Shown: positions 1 through 12,168, numbered from the whole stretch's first letter. The stretch is DNA of 63,965 nt, filler included, from Octopus bimaculoides (GCF_001194135.2; 5 parts of 5 records of this genome joined end to end with filler, not necessarily neighbours in it); one strand, 5' to 3'. The notes: a model not told the origin generated them from the letters alone. Program-made: numbers and translations.

Positions 1-55
<55 letters not shown>

Positions 56-1682
56 GTATGTATATACGTACAGGTCATCGCTTATATATGCATATATTTT
101 GCTATATATGTATATGTGAGTGTGTGTGTGTGTGTGCACAAATATATGTATATGTACGTATATACATATGCATATATATTCATACAATTTATATACGTAT
201 ATATTATTATACCTATATATGTGTGTATGTATGTACATATGTATAGATATGTATGTGTGCGTGCGTGTGCGTGTGTGTGTGTGTGTGCGCGCGCGCGCGC
301 GGGGGTGTATCAAATAAAGGCAGGATAATAAAGTACCAATATTGAAACTTTTATATTCGAAAACAGGAAGGTTTTATTCCAAAATATTTATGACTGCGAA
401 GATGTTGACAATAATATTCTATAAAATAAGCTGTTTTTGCTATTTCATATCTGATATTTTTTAATATAGCTTCGTCTTTTTTTTTTACGTTGCTTTTTTC
501 ATTTTGCTTTTTTCGTTTTGTTTTCAACAAGTTGTTATAAATGCAGCCATTGTCAAGTAGAAATTATTATTGAAAGCTTCCATATCTCTTCATCTCTAGA
601 TTTCTGCTTAGGGCAACAAAATCAAGCTTTCCTGTGAAAAACACCGACAAGTAGAATTGGCTATTTACATATATGCCTGCATACATACATACATAATACA
701 CACTCGCACACCCACACACCCACATACATATGTGTGCGTGCGTGTGTACGTATTATATACACAGATATATAACATTAAGATACATGTCTAATATATTAAT
801 ATAAAATACAATATATGATATGTATGTAATACATTAATATGATATATATACATACACAGTCATACATAAATACTTACATACATAAATACATACATAGGTA
901 GATGCACACATAAATATATACATACATACATTTGTACATACATGAATATATACATACATACATAAATACATACATACATACATACATACATACACAAACA
1001 TACATACATGCATACACACACATACATACATACATACATACGCAAACATTCATACATACAAACATACATACATGCATACAAGCATGCCTACATACATATA
1101 TACACACCTACATACATAAATACATACAAACATACCTACATACATATATGCACACACACCTATAGAAATATACCTACAGACATATATATATACACACATA
1201 CATACAAACATACCTACATACATATATACACACANNNNNNNNNNNNNNNNNNNNNNNNNNNNNNNNNNNNNNNNNNNNNNNNNNNNNNNNNNNNNNNNNN
1301 NNNNNNNNNNNNNNNNNNNNNNNNNNNNNNNNNNNNNNNNNNNNNNNNNNNNNNNNNNNNNNNNNNNNNNNNNNNNNNNNNNNNNNNNNNNNNNNNNNNN
1401 NNNNNNNNNNNNNNNNNNNNNNNNNNNNNNNNNNNNNNNNNNNNNNNNNNNNNNNNNNNNNNNNNNNNNNNNNNNNNNNNNNNNNNNNNNNNNNNNNNNN
1501 NNNNNNNNNNNNNNNNNNNNNNNNNNNNNNNNNNNNNNNNNNNNNNNNNNNNNNNNATACATAGATGCATATATATATACACTCATACATACACACCTAC
1601 CTACCTACCTACCTACCTACCTACCTACCTACACATGCATACATACATACATACATACATACATACATACATACATACATAC
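1..1682. repeat. Compound microsatellite block (AT)n/(GT)n/(GC)n and (ACAT)n/(ACCT)n with an assembly gap
   Basis: Direct reading; the ORFs here are translations of simple repeats. Confidence 0.95.
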
Positions 1683-1964
1683 AGAATAGCTGATAATCCC
1701 GTTTATAATAGCGCAAACAAGATGAAAACCCGTTGTACTCAAGGACACTCCAAGTTGTTTTCTGAAAGAGTGGTTCACCGATCGATACTGTTATTTTTTT
1801 TTTAATGTTATTGATCTTAGATATTATTATCACCTGTTAAGAACAAGACTATCACCATTTCGAATATTATGAAGTTTTAATGAAGGTGTAAAAAAAAAAG
1901 AAAAGGAGACCCTGTAACATCGTGACATTCAATAAATTCAAATTCTTTCCGCCTTTTGATCGCT

Positions 1965-1977
1965 GCTTCTGCTGCTG

Positions 1978-2021
<44 letters not shown>

Positions 2022-2196
2022 GTAGTTGTTATTCATGATAGTCAAATATGCCGTAGTCGTCATTTCTTCTTCTTCTTCTTCTTCTTCTTCTTCTTCTTCT
2101 TCTTCTTCTTCTCCTCCTCCTCCTTCTCCTCCTCATCCTCCTCATCATCATCACCATCACGAATATCACCGTCGTTGGCGTTATCGTCATCGTAAC

Positions 2197-2230
<34 letters not shown>

Positions 2231-2345
2231 TTCTTCTTCTTCTTCTTCTTCTTCTTCTTCTTCTTCTTTTTCTTCTTCTTCTTCCCAATCCTTATTCTCC
2301 TCCACCACTTCTTCCGCTCCCACCACCTAATCTCCTCCTCTTAAT
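1965..2345. repeat. Compound trinucleotide microsatellite (CTA/CTT/CCT/CAT)n
   Basis: Direct reading. Confidence 0.95.
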
Positions 2346-2498
2346 CAGAAGACGAATGTTCTGTCAAATCATTTGATACTCTAGTAATATAATTTTTTTT
2401 TAAATTTAAATTTAAATTTTTTAAATTTAATTTCTTTATTTTTAGGTATTCCATGAAACGTTATCTTCAGAGAGGCTGATCTCGGAATGATGTAACAA

Positions 2499-2572
2499 CT
2501 GAAAAGAAAGAGGAAATGGTAACTGTTCGTTTCTGGTAATTAACTCACCTTAAAGGTGAACAAAGTACTTAC
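2499..2572 (-). other. Candidate 74-nt spliceosomal intron on the minus strand
   Basis: Minus strand reads CTG|GTAAGT ... CCATTTCCTCTTTCTTTTCAG|TTG: consensus donor plus 20-nt pyrimidine tract and CAG. Flanking putative exons are low complexity and have no recognisable product. Confidence 0.25.
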
Positions 2573-3189
2573 CAGCAAGGGAAGATGTGGTGATGGTGGT
2601 TTTGGTGTTGGTGATGATAATGATGATGATGGTGATGGTGGTAGTGGTGGTGGTGGTGGTGGTGGTGGTGGTGGTGGTGGTGGNNNNNNNNNNNNNNNNN
2701 NNNNNNNNNNNNNNNNNNNNNNNNNNNNNNNNNNNNNNNNNNNNNNNNNNNNNNNNNNNNNNNNNNNNNNNNNNNNNNNNNNNNNNNNNNNNNNNNNNNN
2801 NNNNNNNNNNNNNNNNNNNNNNNNNNNNNNNNNNNNNNNNNNNNNNNNNNNNNNNNNNNNNNNNNNNNNNNNNNNNNNNNNNNNNNNNNNNNNNNNNNNN
2901 NNNNNNNNNNNNNNNNNNNNNNNNNNNNNNNNNNNNNNNNNNNNNNNNNNNNNNNNNNNNNNNNNNNNNNNNNNNNNNNNNNNNNNNNNNNNNNNNNNNN
3001 NNNNNNNNNNNNNNNNNNNATGCAATACTGTCTTAAAAATACAACTCATTGGCCAGTGTTGTTCAAAATGAGTTCCCAGAACTTCATGTTTCTTCGAAAA
3101 CATTTTTGGGTTCCAGAAAATAAAGAAATAATCTAATTAAAAAAATAATAATTTATCTTGTAAAAACAGTGGTACACAGATATCCTGGA

Positions 3190-3565
3190 TCACATCCTGT
3201 AAAGAATAACCTGGCTTATTGTCATAGAGTTACAGATACTAGCCCGTTCTAGCACACAAGCGCACTCTCTCCTCTCTCTGCTCTTTCTACCGCTGCTATA
3301 ATGGCCTCTGCTCATCAGACCTATTTGAGCTCGTGCCACCTCCACTCGGATATTACTGACCTGTTCGTCTCTTCCCCCCGCCTCCACTTTATCATCCTCG
3401 TCGTTTCAAACTCCAAAACCACTAAGTACTACTCTCAGACCTTCCTTCTAAAAACTTCGGCTCTTTGCAATTCCACCCCTACCCCGTTGCTCATATCTTC
3501 TGTAAATGTCAACATGTCATCAACCTCAGTGAGTAGGAGCGTCTGTGAAGGGCAAGAGATATGAG
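3190..3565 (+). pseudogene. Possible decayed CR1/L2-group LINE ORF2 fragment (linker between endonuclease and RT)
   Basis: Translation PVKNNLAYCHR...SALSTAAIMASAHQTYLSS...SSPRLH...SALCNSTPTP loosely resembles the region upstream of the RT in CR1-like LINEs; no catalytic motif. Confidence 0.3.
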
Positions 3566-3861
3566 TCCGTTTCCTACAGGAAACTTTCAAAGACTTTTCC
3601 ATTCAAAAGTGTTTCTCAACCCAATATTTACATGCTGTTGTTTATAGCTTTATGTATGCGCTTCGAGATATTCCAAGAAAGTTTATAAAATTCTTACGTT
3701 GTCAGCAATACATGCTTACTCACACACACGCGCTCGCACCCACACATTCGTACGTACGTGCATAAATACATGTATGTATACACACACACACACACATATA
3801 CAAACACACACACACATATACAAACACACGCGCGCGCGCACACACACATATATATATAAAT

Positions 3862-4212
3862 ATAATTGAATAAGGCAGAGTTAACAAGAAGGAGTACGGT
3901 TGAACATGTATTAGCAATCACTAAAACTGTTTTTACGCAACGTAGTTCTCTGGGCCTGCAGGTATTTGGTTATGTAACCTGCATTATGAGATATAGTTGT
4001 GTTTCCTCAGGCGATATATAAACATTGTCTCCATAAGCTCAAATTCTCGGCTTGAAGAGCATCCTACGGAAACAATATTTATATATCGCCCGAATATATA
4101 ACCAAACACTAGCAAACCTGGAGAACTACGTTGCGTAGAAACAATTGTAGTGATTGCAAATAAATGTCTAACCGTACTCCTTCTTGTCGATTCCGCCTTA
4201 TTCAGTTAACTA
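3862..4212. mobile_element. Fold-back/palindromic non-autonomous element (~350 bp)
   Basis: Left arm TTGAATAAGGCAGAGTTAACAAGAAGGAGTACGGTT...TACGCAACGTAGTTCTC is the imperfect reverse complement of the right arm GAGAACTACGTTGCGTA...AACCGTACTCCTTCTTGTCGATTCCGCCTTATTCAG; inner hairpin GGCGATATATAAA...TTTATATATCGCC (4010-4090). Confidence 0.85.
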
Positions 4213-4249
4213 TTCACACACAACAGAAGCTCAAACGCAAATCTGGAAG

Positions 4250-4293
<44 letters not shown>

Positions 4294-4467
4294 GATAGCA
4301 GCGGGTGGAATCTGAGGGCGGACGAGCTTTATACTGTATTCTACTACATTCTTAACTGGATTTAACATAACTATAGATATGTATTCATATTCGCCAAATA
4401 AATTTATTGAATCAATAATGAATATCATCAGAAGCTGAGCGACTGAACAGACAACAAACTCACAACC

Positions 4468-4510
<43 letters not shown>

Positions 4511-4542
4511 ATATATGTGTGTGTGTGTGTTTAATTTTTTTT

Positions 4543-4724
4543 CCCGCAGCTCGCTTGACAACCGATGCTGGTGTCTTTACGTCTCAGAAAAATTAGTGGT
4601 TCGGCAAAAGAGACAGATAGAATAATTACTAAGCTTACAAAGAATAAGTCCTGGGTCGATTTACTCGACTAAATTCAGTACTCCAGCATGGCCGCAGTTA
4701 AATGACTGAAACGAATAAAAGAAT
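4543..4724 (+). mobile_element. tRNA-derived SINE family A, 3' half
   Basis: CGCTTGACAACCGATGCTGGTG...GGTTCGGCAAAAGAGAC...CTCCAGCATGGCCGCAG...ATGACTGAAAC is shared with copies at 9.9, 30.1, 33.7, 51.1 and 54.2 kb. Confidence 0.85.
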
Positions 4725-5169
4725 ATCTGACAGCATTTTGTCTGTCTAGCACCGTTTCCACAAATAGTTGCACGTGTTGCTTTCTTTAAATCATCTCCGT
4801 TGATCGGTTCAATATTTCAAGTGCAGTAGTTTGGTTGTTAATCGGTTGCAAGTTGGGCGTAGGTTCTGGAATATTAAATGTGAAAAATTCTTTACTCAAA
4901 TGTTACTCCCGAGGACAAGAAAAGAAGAAATCCATTCATAGAACTTCATTCCAAATTTTCAGTCTCACTTCAGACTCTCCTCGGGAGTCTGCATTATGCC
5001 TACCGCTCGTTAATACGCAATCTTTTGTCACTTTTGTTGTTTTCTAAAGCACTTGTTTGTATAAACAGATGCCTTAAATTTCTATGAAATAATTTATTTG
5101 TTAATGCTATTATATAGTTGTACACAGAGAGTAATACTTATCTGCATACTACTTCTGGCAACAATAACG

Positions 5170-5385
5170 AATATGAGGCCTCTTCAGGCGAAATTCAGGG
5201 AAAGCACACTTGCTCCTCAAGTTTTCATAACTGTTGTGGATAATGTAATGTGTATGTTAGGGCAAGACAATGGCTACATTGTCGGGAAAAGGCAATCCAA
5301 TGGACTATCCGCCGCAAAGCTTACGGTATTAGCTTTTGCTGAAGATATTTCAATTTTAAGCAATAAACCAGTTAACAGTTTCAAC
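5170..5385 (+). pseudogene. Non-LTR retrotransposon reverse-transcriptase fragment (RTE/RTE-X-like, RT domains 4-5)
   Basis: PLQAKFRESTLAPQVFITVVDNVM...KRQSNGLSAAKLTVLAFAEDISILS matches the QGDTLAPxLF...L.FADDI.LLS pattern, with the catalytic D decayed to E. Confidence 0.8.
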
Positions 5386-5533
5386 ATAACTAGAAATTTT
5401 GAAACTGCATTTATATATTTGTGTGCGTGTGTGTGCATGTACACATGTGTGTGTGCGTGCGTTTGTGTGTGTGTGTATATGTCTACGTACGTATGTATGT
5501 ATATATGTATGCATACATCAGACACAATACACG

Positions 5534-5640
5534 AAAATTGGGGAAGGGGGATAGTCGATTACTTCGACCCAAGTACACATCTGGTGCTTATTTTATCAAC
5601 TCCGAAAAGATGAAACGCAAAGACGACCATGGCAGAATTT
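5534..5640 (-). mobile_element. SINE family B, 3' part
   Basis: Reverse complement of the family B core (CTTTCATC...GGAGTTGATAAAATAAGCACCAG). Confidence 0.7.
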
Positions 5641-5654
5641 TAAAATAATAATGC

Positions 5655-5990
5655 GACATAGCATGCCCCGGTGAAAGAAGAAAAAACAAACAACTATGAC
5701 GATTTAAAGTGGGAAATACGAAGGTTGTGGTCAATGAAGAGAGTAGCCGTGATACCAATAGTAATTGGTGTAGTTGGAAGTATCAGCACTCAACTACCAG
5801 CATGGCTGAAAAAGATCGATGCAAGTGTGAAGGTAGAACACCTACAAAAATCAGCATTGCTTGGAACTGCAAGAATTCTTCGCAGGGTTCTTGAAGCATG
5901 ACTAGTAAACAAGTGTCACCTTAGTCTGCTGGTTGTGGACAGCTGACACTTTATATCATACTCAGCAAAATAAGCTGTGACTTTTCATAT
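5655..5990 (+). mobile_element. 5'-truncated Dong/R4-type (RLE) retrotransposon 3' end, copy 1
   Basis: DIACP..KEEKTNNYDDLKWEIRRLWSMKRVAVIPIVIGVVGSI...LQKSALLGTARILRRVLEA* (stop ends 5901) is the typical C-terminus of RLE-type LINEs; preceded by AATAATAAT, followed by a 3' UTR and (AAC)n(AAT)n. Confidence 0.85.
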
Positions 5991-5999
5991 AATAATAGC

Positions 6000-6066
<67 letters not shown>

Positions 6067-6090
6067 GTAGTAGTAGTCGTAGTAGTAATA

Positions 6091-6853
<763 letters not shown>

Positions 6854-7214
6854 TATAAATATAATAATAATAATAACTAATAATAATAATAATAATAATG
6901 ATATATAAATAATGATGTTAAATAATTATAAAAGGAATTAAAACTGGGATTTTTAACAGTTGTAACTCTGAATTGAGCGTTCCTGTTTGAAAAGCAAGAG
7001 CGAGAAGCTCTAAATATCGACAGTGAAAAGTCTCAATGTCAATTACAGATATTCAGAACTGTTTGAACGTCTAAAACATTAGTACCAGTTAACTACTGTG
7101 GCCTATATAATCGCCTGAATCTTTGACTAAAAATCCTCGTTTTGTATTTATTTACACAATCTGTTAAATATCATGTTTTAGGTATCCTAAATTACACTGT
7201 ATTCTATAGAAATA

Positions 7215-7416
7215 TATGAAGGGATGCTTTAAGGGTGTCGCGAAAAGCCTGGCTGGAGGCCCAACCTTCCGAGTTCTTTTACAGGACTTAGAAAAACTGA
7301 AGGATCGCTGAAATAAATGTATGAATTGAGAGGAGAATATTTTGAATAAAATCATAATTAACTGATCTTATATTTTCTTTTACCCAAAGCCAGAAACTTA
7401 TCTGCACCACTTCGTA
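7215..7416 (+). mobile_element. Mariner-derived MITE
   Basis: Right end AAAGCCAGAAACTTATCTGCACCACTTCGTA, partly deleted left end TATGAAGGGATGCT; the interior reads like a mariner C-terminus (LQDLEKLKDR.NKC...GEYFE*). Confidence 0.75.
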
Positions 7417-7585
7417 TACTGTTTAATTAACTTTGAAGCCGACCAATCAATTATATGCATATCAGCAACACAGCTAATGAGCTATGGATATATATATAGA
7501 AAGATAGATTGAAAGCACAATTGGAATTTTCCGTTTAACTTTGGTTCGAAAGCCTTTCCCGATTACTGATTTTTCTAATTCAGGG

Positions 7586-7640
7586 ATGGTCTTTGTGGCA
7601 AGAAGCTTGCTTCCCAACCACATGATTCCGGGTTCATATG
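7586..7640 (+). mobile_element. SINE family A head fragment
   Basis: GTGGCAAGAAGCTTGCTTCCCAACCACATGATTCCGGGTTCA matches the reverse-complemented head at 30.35 kb. Confidence 0.75.
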
Positions 7641-8198
7641 TGTGTGTGTATGTGTGTGTATTTATTTATTTATTTATTTATGTGTTTCAGCCAAGTGGCT
7701 GCGGTCATGCTGGTCATACGTATGTGTACGTATGCGCGCGCGTGTCTAACTTAAACCGCTATTTGATATTTCTTCTCAATTTTCTAATGTGTACAGCCGA
7801 TGTTTATAGACATGTACACTTTAAATATAACTGAAACACACANNNNNNNNNNNNNNNNNNNNNNNNNNNNNNNNNNNNNNNNNNNNNNNNNNNNNNNNNN
7901 NNNNNNNNNNNNNNNNNNNNNNNNNNNNNNNNNNNNNNNNNNNNNNNNNNNNNNNNNNNNNNNNNNNNNNNNNNNNNNNNNNNNNNNNNNNNNNNNNNNN
8001 NNNNNNNNNNNNNNNNNNNNNNNNNNNNNNNNNNNNNNNNNNNNNNNNNNNNNNNNNNNNNNNNNNNNNNNNNNNNNNNNNNNNNNNNNNNNNNNNNNNN
8101 NNNNNNNNNNNNNNNNNNNNNNNNNNNNNNNNNNNNNNNNNNNNNNNNNNNNNNNNNNNNNNNNNNNNNNNNNNNNNNNNNNNNNNNNNNNNNNNNNN

Positions 8199-8254
<56 letters not shown>

Positions 8255-8377
8255 CATATATTTCGTTATTTTCCTCGATCGGGCGATCTACTGGCACAAA
8301 TCAGTCAACTTTGTTGACTAAATTTTACATGAAGCTATTGCTTTATAAGTTCCTTCAGAGTTGTCTTTCTTAGGTAC

Positions 8378-8424
8378 ATCCCATTGACAAGAGTCAATAA
8401 ACTCGAAACGGCGATGTCTGGGAT
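8378..8424 (+). ncRNA. Type I hammerhead ribozyme relic
   Basis: ATCCCA-TTGACAA-GAGT(CAATAA)ACTC-GAA-ACG(GCGA)TGT-C-TGGGAT: 6-bp stem I, 4-bp stem II, stem III with a GNRA loop, GUC triplet; core is CUGACGA with two transitions. Confidence 0.65.
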
Positions 8425-8573
8425 TCTTGATAGATGACAGCACTAAACGAATCGGGTGTTTTCATACCATTTTTACCATAAGAGAAATATTTTCTTCACG
8501 TTAACTGCAATGTATTTGCCTTTTAGTAGTCGAAATATGTAACAAACATACTTTAACCTAAATTTTGTCTGTT

Positions 8574-8624
<51 letters not shown>

Positions 8625-8944
8625 ATATACTTGGTGTCATATTAGATAAATACTCAGAGTTTTGACTCACTGTGAAATTACGCACCATGAGGTCATTTCA
8701 GGCAGCTTCCTGGCTTGAGAATTGAGATATTGTTTTGCCCGACCGTTGTTATTTTTATTACTCAACGCAGCAGGGATTACCTACTTCAACTTCTCAAGAA
8801 ATTTCGTGACAGTAGTGTAAAGCTATTTATTATGATGTGAATAAGATTCTGCCAACACACAAATTCATTTATTTAACGGTACAATCATACAATGTTGAAG
8901 GCCTGACAAAATTTACTCGAATGCAAATGCAGCGTAATGTATGA

Positions 8945-9390
8945 ATATATATATTTATATACACATACATACATACATACATACATACATACATACATAC
9001 ATGTACATACATACATGCATACATACATACATACATACATGTACATACATACATACATACATATATACATACATGTACATACATACATGAATACATACAT
9101 ACATACATGTACATACATNNNNNNNNNNTACATACATACATGTACATACATACATACATACATACATACATGTACATACATACATGCATACATACATACA
9201 TACATACATACGTACATACATACGTACATACATACATACATACATACATACATACATACATACATACATACATACTTATATATATACATGGAAGTATAAG
9301 CATGCAAGTATCACACAAAACAAAACATATAAATCTAAATACATGCATACGTACATACATATGTGCATACATACATACATACATACATAC
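8945..9390. repeat. (ACAT)n microsatellite with variants
   Basis: Direct reading. Confidence 0.95.
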
Positions 9391-9393
9391 AAA

Positions 9394-9497
9394 AACACCC
9401 TATTGCTTAAATTCTAATGAAGGAGCCTTGGATCTAGGTTAGAAACCGGCTCCTTCTCTATTGGAAAGAAATCTTGAAATAAAACTGAATAATGACT
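9394..9497 (+). mobile_element. Short retroelement 3' fragment embedded in (ACAT)n, possibly Penelope-like
   Basis: Unique ~100-bp island in the microsatellite, with hairpin AAGGAGCC...GGCTCCTT and an A-rich end running into (ACAT)n. Confidence 0.35.
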
Positions 9498-9693
9498 GAC
9501 ATACATACATACATACATACATACATACATACAGACAGACAAACAGAGTCATTCTTGATTACTTAAAATCGCCGTGAATTTACGTATGATAGCAAGGAAA
9601 TAGTCGGGTCGATCGTCATCCTAATCTACCAAAAAAAAACCTCTTGGTATCTAGTTACGCATCGAAATTAAATACGCATCGATATCGTGTGTG

Positions 9694-9731
<38 letters not shown>

Positions 9732-9892
9732 CACTTTCAGTCACTAAGTAGCTTCGTATTTGGTGCTGTTTACGTTACTAATAGTTTCTATAGCAAGAAG
9801 AGAATTGTTAGAAATACAAAAACTTGCTGTGAAACAATTCAAAAGCACTGAAAACAATATCTATCTATCTATCTATCTATCTATTTACCTTC

Positions 9893-10144
9893 TTTTATTC
9901 TCTTAGTGTTTCAGTTATTTCACTGCAGCTATGCTGGAGAACAGCCTTATTCTTTGTAAGCTTAGTTCTTATTTTATCGTTCTCTTTTGCCGAAGCACTA
10001 ACCTACGGGAACGTAAACACACTAGCATCAGATGTCAAGCGATGGCGGGTGGACAAATACACACACACAACGCCCGGTCTGAGAATCGAAAGCGCGATCC
10101 TCCGACCGTGAGTCCGCTGCCCTAACCATTGAGCCACTGCACCT

Positions 10145-10193
<49 letters not shown>

Positions 10194-10298
10194 CGACGGG
10201 CTTTTTTAGTTTCGGTCACCAAATCCACTGACAAGGCTTTGGTCGGCCCGAGGCTACAGTAGAAAACACTAGTCCAGTGAGACTGAACCTAGAACCAT
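9893..10298 (-). mobile_element. SINE family A, near full length, interrupted by a second tRNA-like head
   Basis: Reverse complement of the family A tail, internal (CA)n/(TA)n and head. Confidence 0.85.
10069..10146 (-). mobile_element. tRNA-like SINE head (family C type) nested in the (CA)n of a family A SINE
   Basis: Minus strand GGAGGTGCAGTGGCTCAATGGTTAGGGCAGCGGACTCACGGTCGGAGGATCGCGCTTTCGATTCTCAGACCGGGCG has A-box and B-box-like motifs. Confidence 0.75.
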
Positions 10299-10309
10299 AC
10301 ATACATACA

Positions 10310-10356
<47 letters not shown>

Positions 10357-10493
10357 TATTACAAATTAAAAGGGTACAGGATTATCAATTTATCTGTGAG
10401 ATGCTATCTGTGAGATTCTCAGCTTTTTTAGCTGCTATTTCTGAACTTCGGTATATGGTGAAGCAAATATTTGCTGATCCTTTAATTATATTT

Positions 10494-10552
<59 letters not shown>

Positions 10553-11055
10553 TGCGATATATGTATGTTTGCATATATTCTGCAGAACCTCCCCAACACT
10601 AGAGGCCAACATCTAAGCGTTATCTGATATTGAGAAGATTATCTGTGAAGAAAAAACAATGAATATCAATTTAAGTAATATCCATGGTCCATGAATCTAC
10701 AAACACTTTACATTTTACTAGAAATGAAGGACAAGTCAAAATAAGGAGACTAAGGTACTGAAAAACTCCACAAGCAGGCATAACAAATATGTATTTCCAT
10801 CATTAGCTGCCAAATATATTTTGCCACTCTTCGAAACGCTTAGTTTTAGAACGGTGGCAGCTGATGAAAGAAATATTCTCTATGTGGCCTGTGTGTTTTC
10901 TGTATTCCGTTTATCATTTTGCCTACGTTTTTTTGCTACGTCCTGTACTCAGATATGCATCTATATATACATGTAGATGTAGGTATGTACATACATGTAC
11001 GTATATACGCATATACTCATATATTATTTGCGAATAAACTTCACTATGATTTACA

Positions 11056-11193
11056 TAAGTTTGCGAAGGCGAGACAGGCTTCTCTATCCAGCTGGCAAGC
11101 TACTTCAGGCTGATGACGAGCAAAGACTCAGAAACATGTCCCTGAATGCTGGCTAGGCTGGGTGGAGGAGCTTGTCTCCCCCTCGCAAACTTA
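11056..11193 (+). mobile_element. 138-bp hairpin element with a hammerhead at its apex
   Basis: 37-bp inverted repeats 11056-11092 / 11157-11193 (31/37 identical) enclose the hammerhead. Confidence 0.8.
11104..11146 (+). ncRNA. Minimal type I hammerhead ribozyme
   Basis: TTCAGG-CTGATGA-CGAG(CAAAGA)CTCA-GAA-ACATGT-C-CCTGAA: exact CUGAUGA and GAAA cores, 6-bp stem I, palindromic stem III, GUC triplet; the first pair of stem II is a C-A mismatch. Confidence 0.8.
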
Positions 11194-11262
11194 AGTACAC
11201 AGTAATTGTGTCAAGGCCNNNNNNNNNNNNNNNNNNNNNNNNNNNNNNNNNNNNNNNNNNNN

Positions 11263-11274
11263 TTAATTAATTAA
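11263..11274. other. Artificial gap linker TTAATTAATTAA (also 35962-35973, 50433-50444, 62803-62814)
   Basis: Identical 12-mer centred in N runs (44 N + 12 + 44 N = 100 bp counted at this site); it has stop codons in all six frames. Confidence 0.95.
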
Positions 11275-11318
11275 NNNNNNNNNNNNNNNNNNNNNNNNNN
11301 NNNNNNNNNNNNNNNNNN

Positions 11319-11427
11319 GAAAGGCAAAGTCGACCTCGGCGAAATTTGAACTCAGAACATAAAGACGGACGAAATACCGCTAAGCATTTTATCCGGCGTG
11401 CTAACGTTTCTGCCAGCAAGCCGCCCA

Positions 11428-11428
<1 letters not shown>
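11319..11428 (-). mobile_element. SINE family B, 5' half
   Basis: Reverse complement of GGCGG...TGGCAGAAACGTTAGCACGCCGG...GAGTTCAAATTTCGCCGAGGTCGACTTTGCCTTTC. Confidence 0.9.
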
Positions 11429-11468
<40 letters not shown>

Positions 11469-11504
11469 CGATGATGATGATGATGATGTCGATGACAATG
11501 ACGG

Positions 11505-11559
<55 letters not shown>

Positions 11560-11801
11560 GACTATAAATATAAAAATGAAACATGATGAGGCCTGGAACG
11601 TCTTTGATTATAAGTTTATTGTCTACTCGATAGTGGACGACCTGTGGTTAAACAACAATTTAAAAACAATTCTTTCGGCTTAACAAAATGTTCTTGGTTA
11701 CAATACAGAACAGCCTCACGCACACACATACACACACATACCCCACACCGCAATGACAACACACACATACATTGTACTGGACACGAACCAGAACACAAGT
11801 T

Positions 11802-11834
<33 letters not shown>

Positions 11835-11995
11835 ACATACACAGACAACACTGGACATAATATAGACACACACACACTTTGTAGTTACGAAACAGCACAC
11901 ACGCTCGCGCGCAGACACACACATACTCAATATAACATAACGTGCCCTCGTATACACACACACACACACACACACACACCAACACTGCCATTATA

Positions 11996-12120
11996 CAGGG
12001 TGTCCACAAGGCCCGGGTACATGGAGTAAATAAAATCATAACATAAACAATTAAATATAAGAAATAATAATTTTTTAAAGTATGTTTTAATCCCCATGTA
12101 CCCAAACTTTGTGGACACCC

Positions 12121-12122
<2 letters not shown>
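11996..12122. mobile_element. Tc1/mariner-type MITE (127 bp)
   Basis: TIRs CAGGGTGTCCACAA...GGGTACATGG / CCATGTACCC...TTGTGGACACCCTG; TA on the left, TG on the right. Confidence 0.85.

Positions 12123-12168
<46 letters not shown>

Noticed and set aside
2446-2518. Plus-strand exon TTTTAG|GTATTCC...ATG|GTAACT
   Set aside because: It has stop codons in all three frames.
9405-9455. Hammerhead in CTAATGAAGGAGCC...GTTAGAAACCGGCTC
   Set aside because: The core is CUAAUGA (invariant G changed), with no NUH plus stem I pairing.
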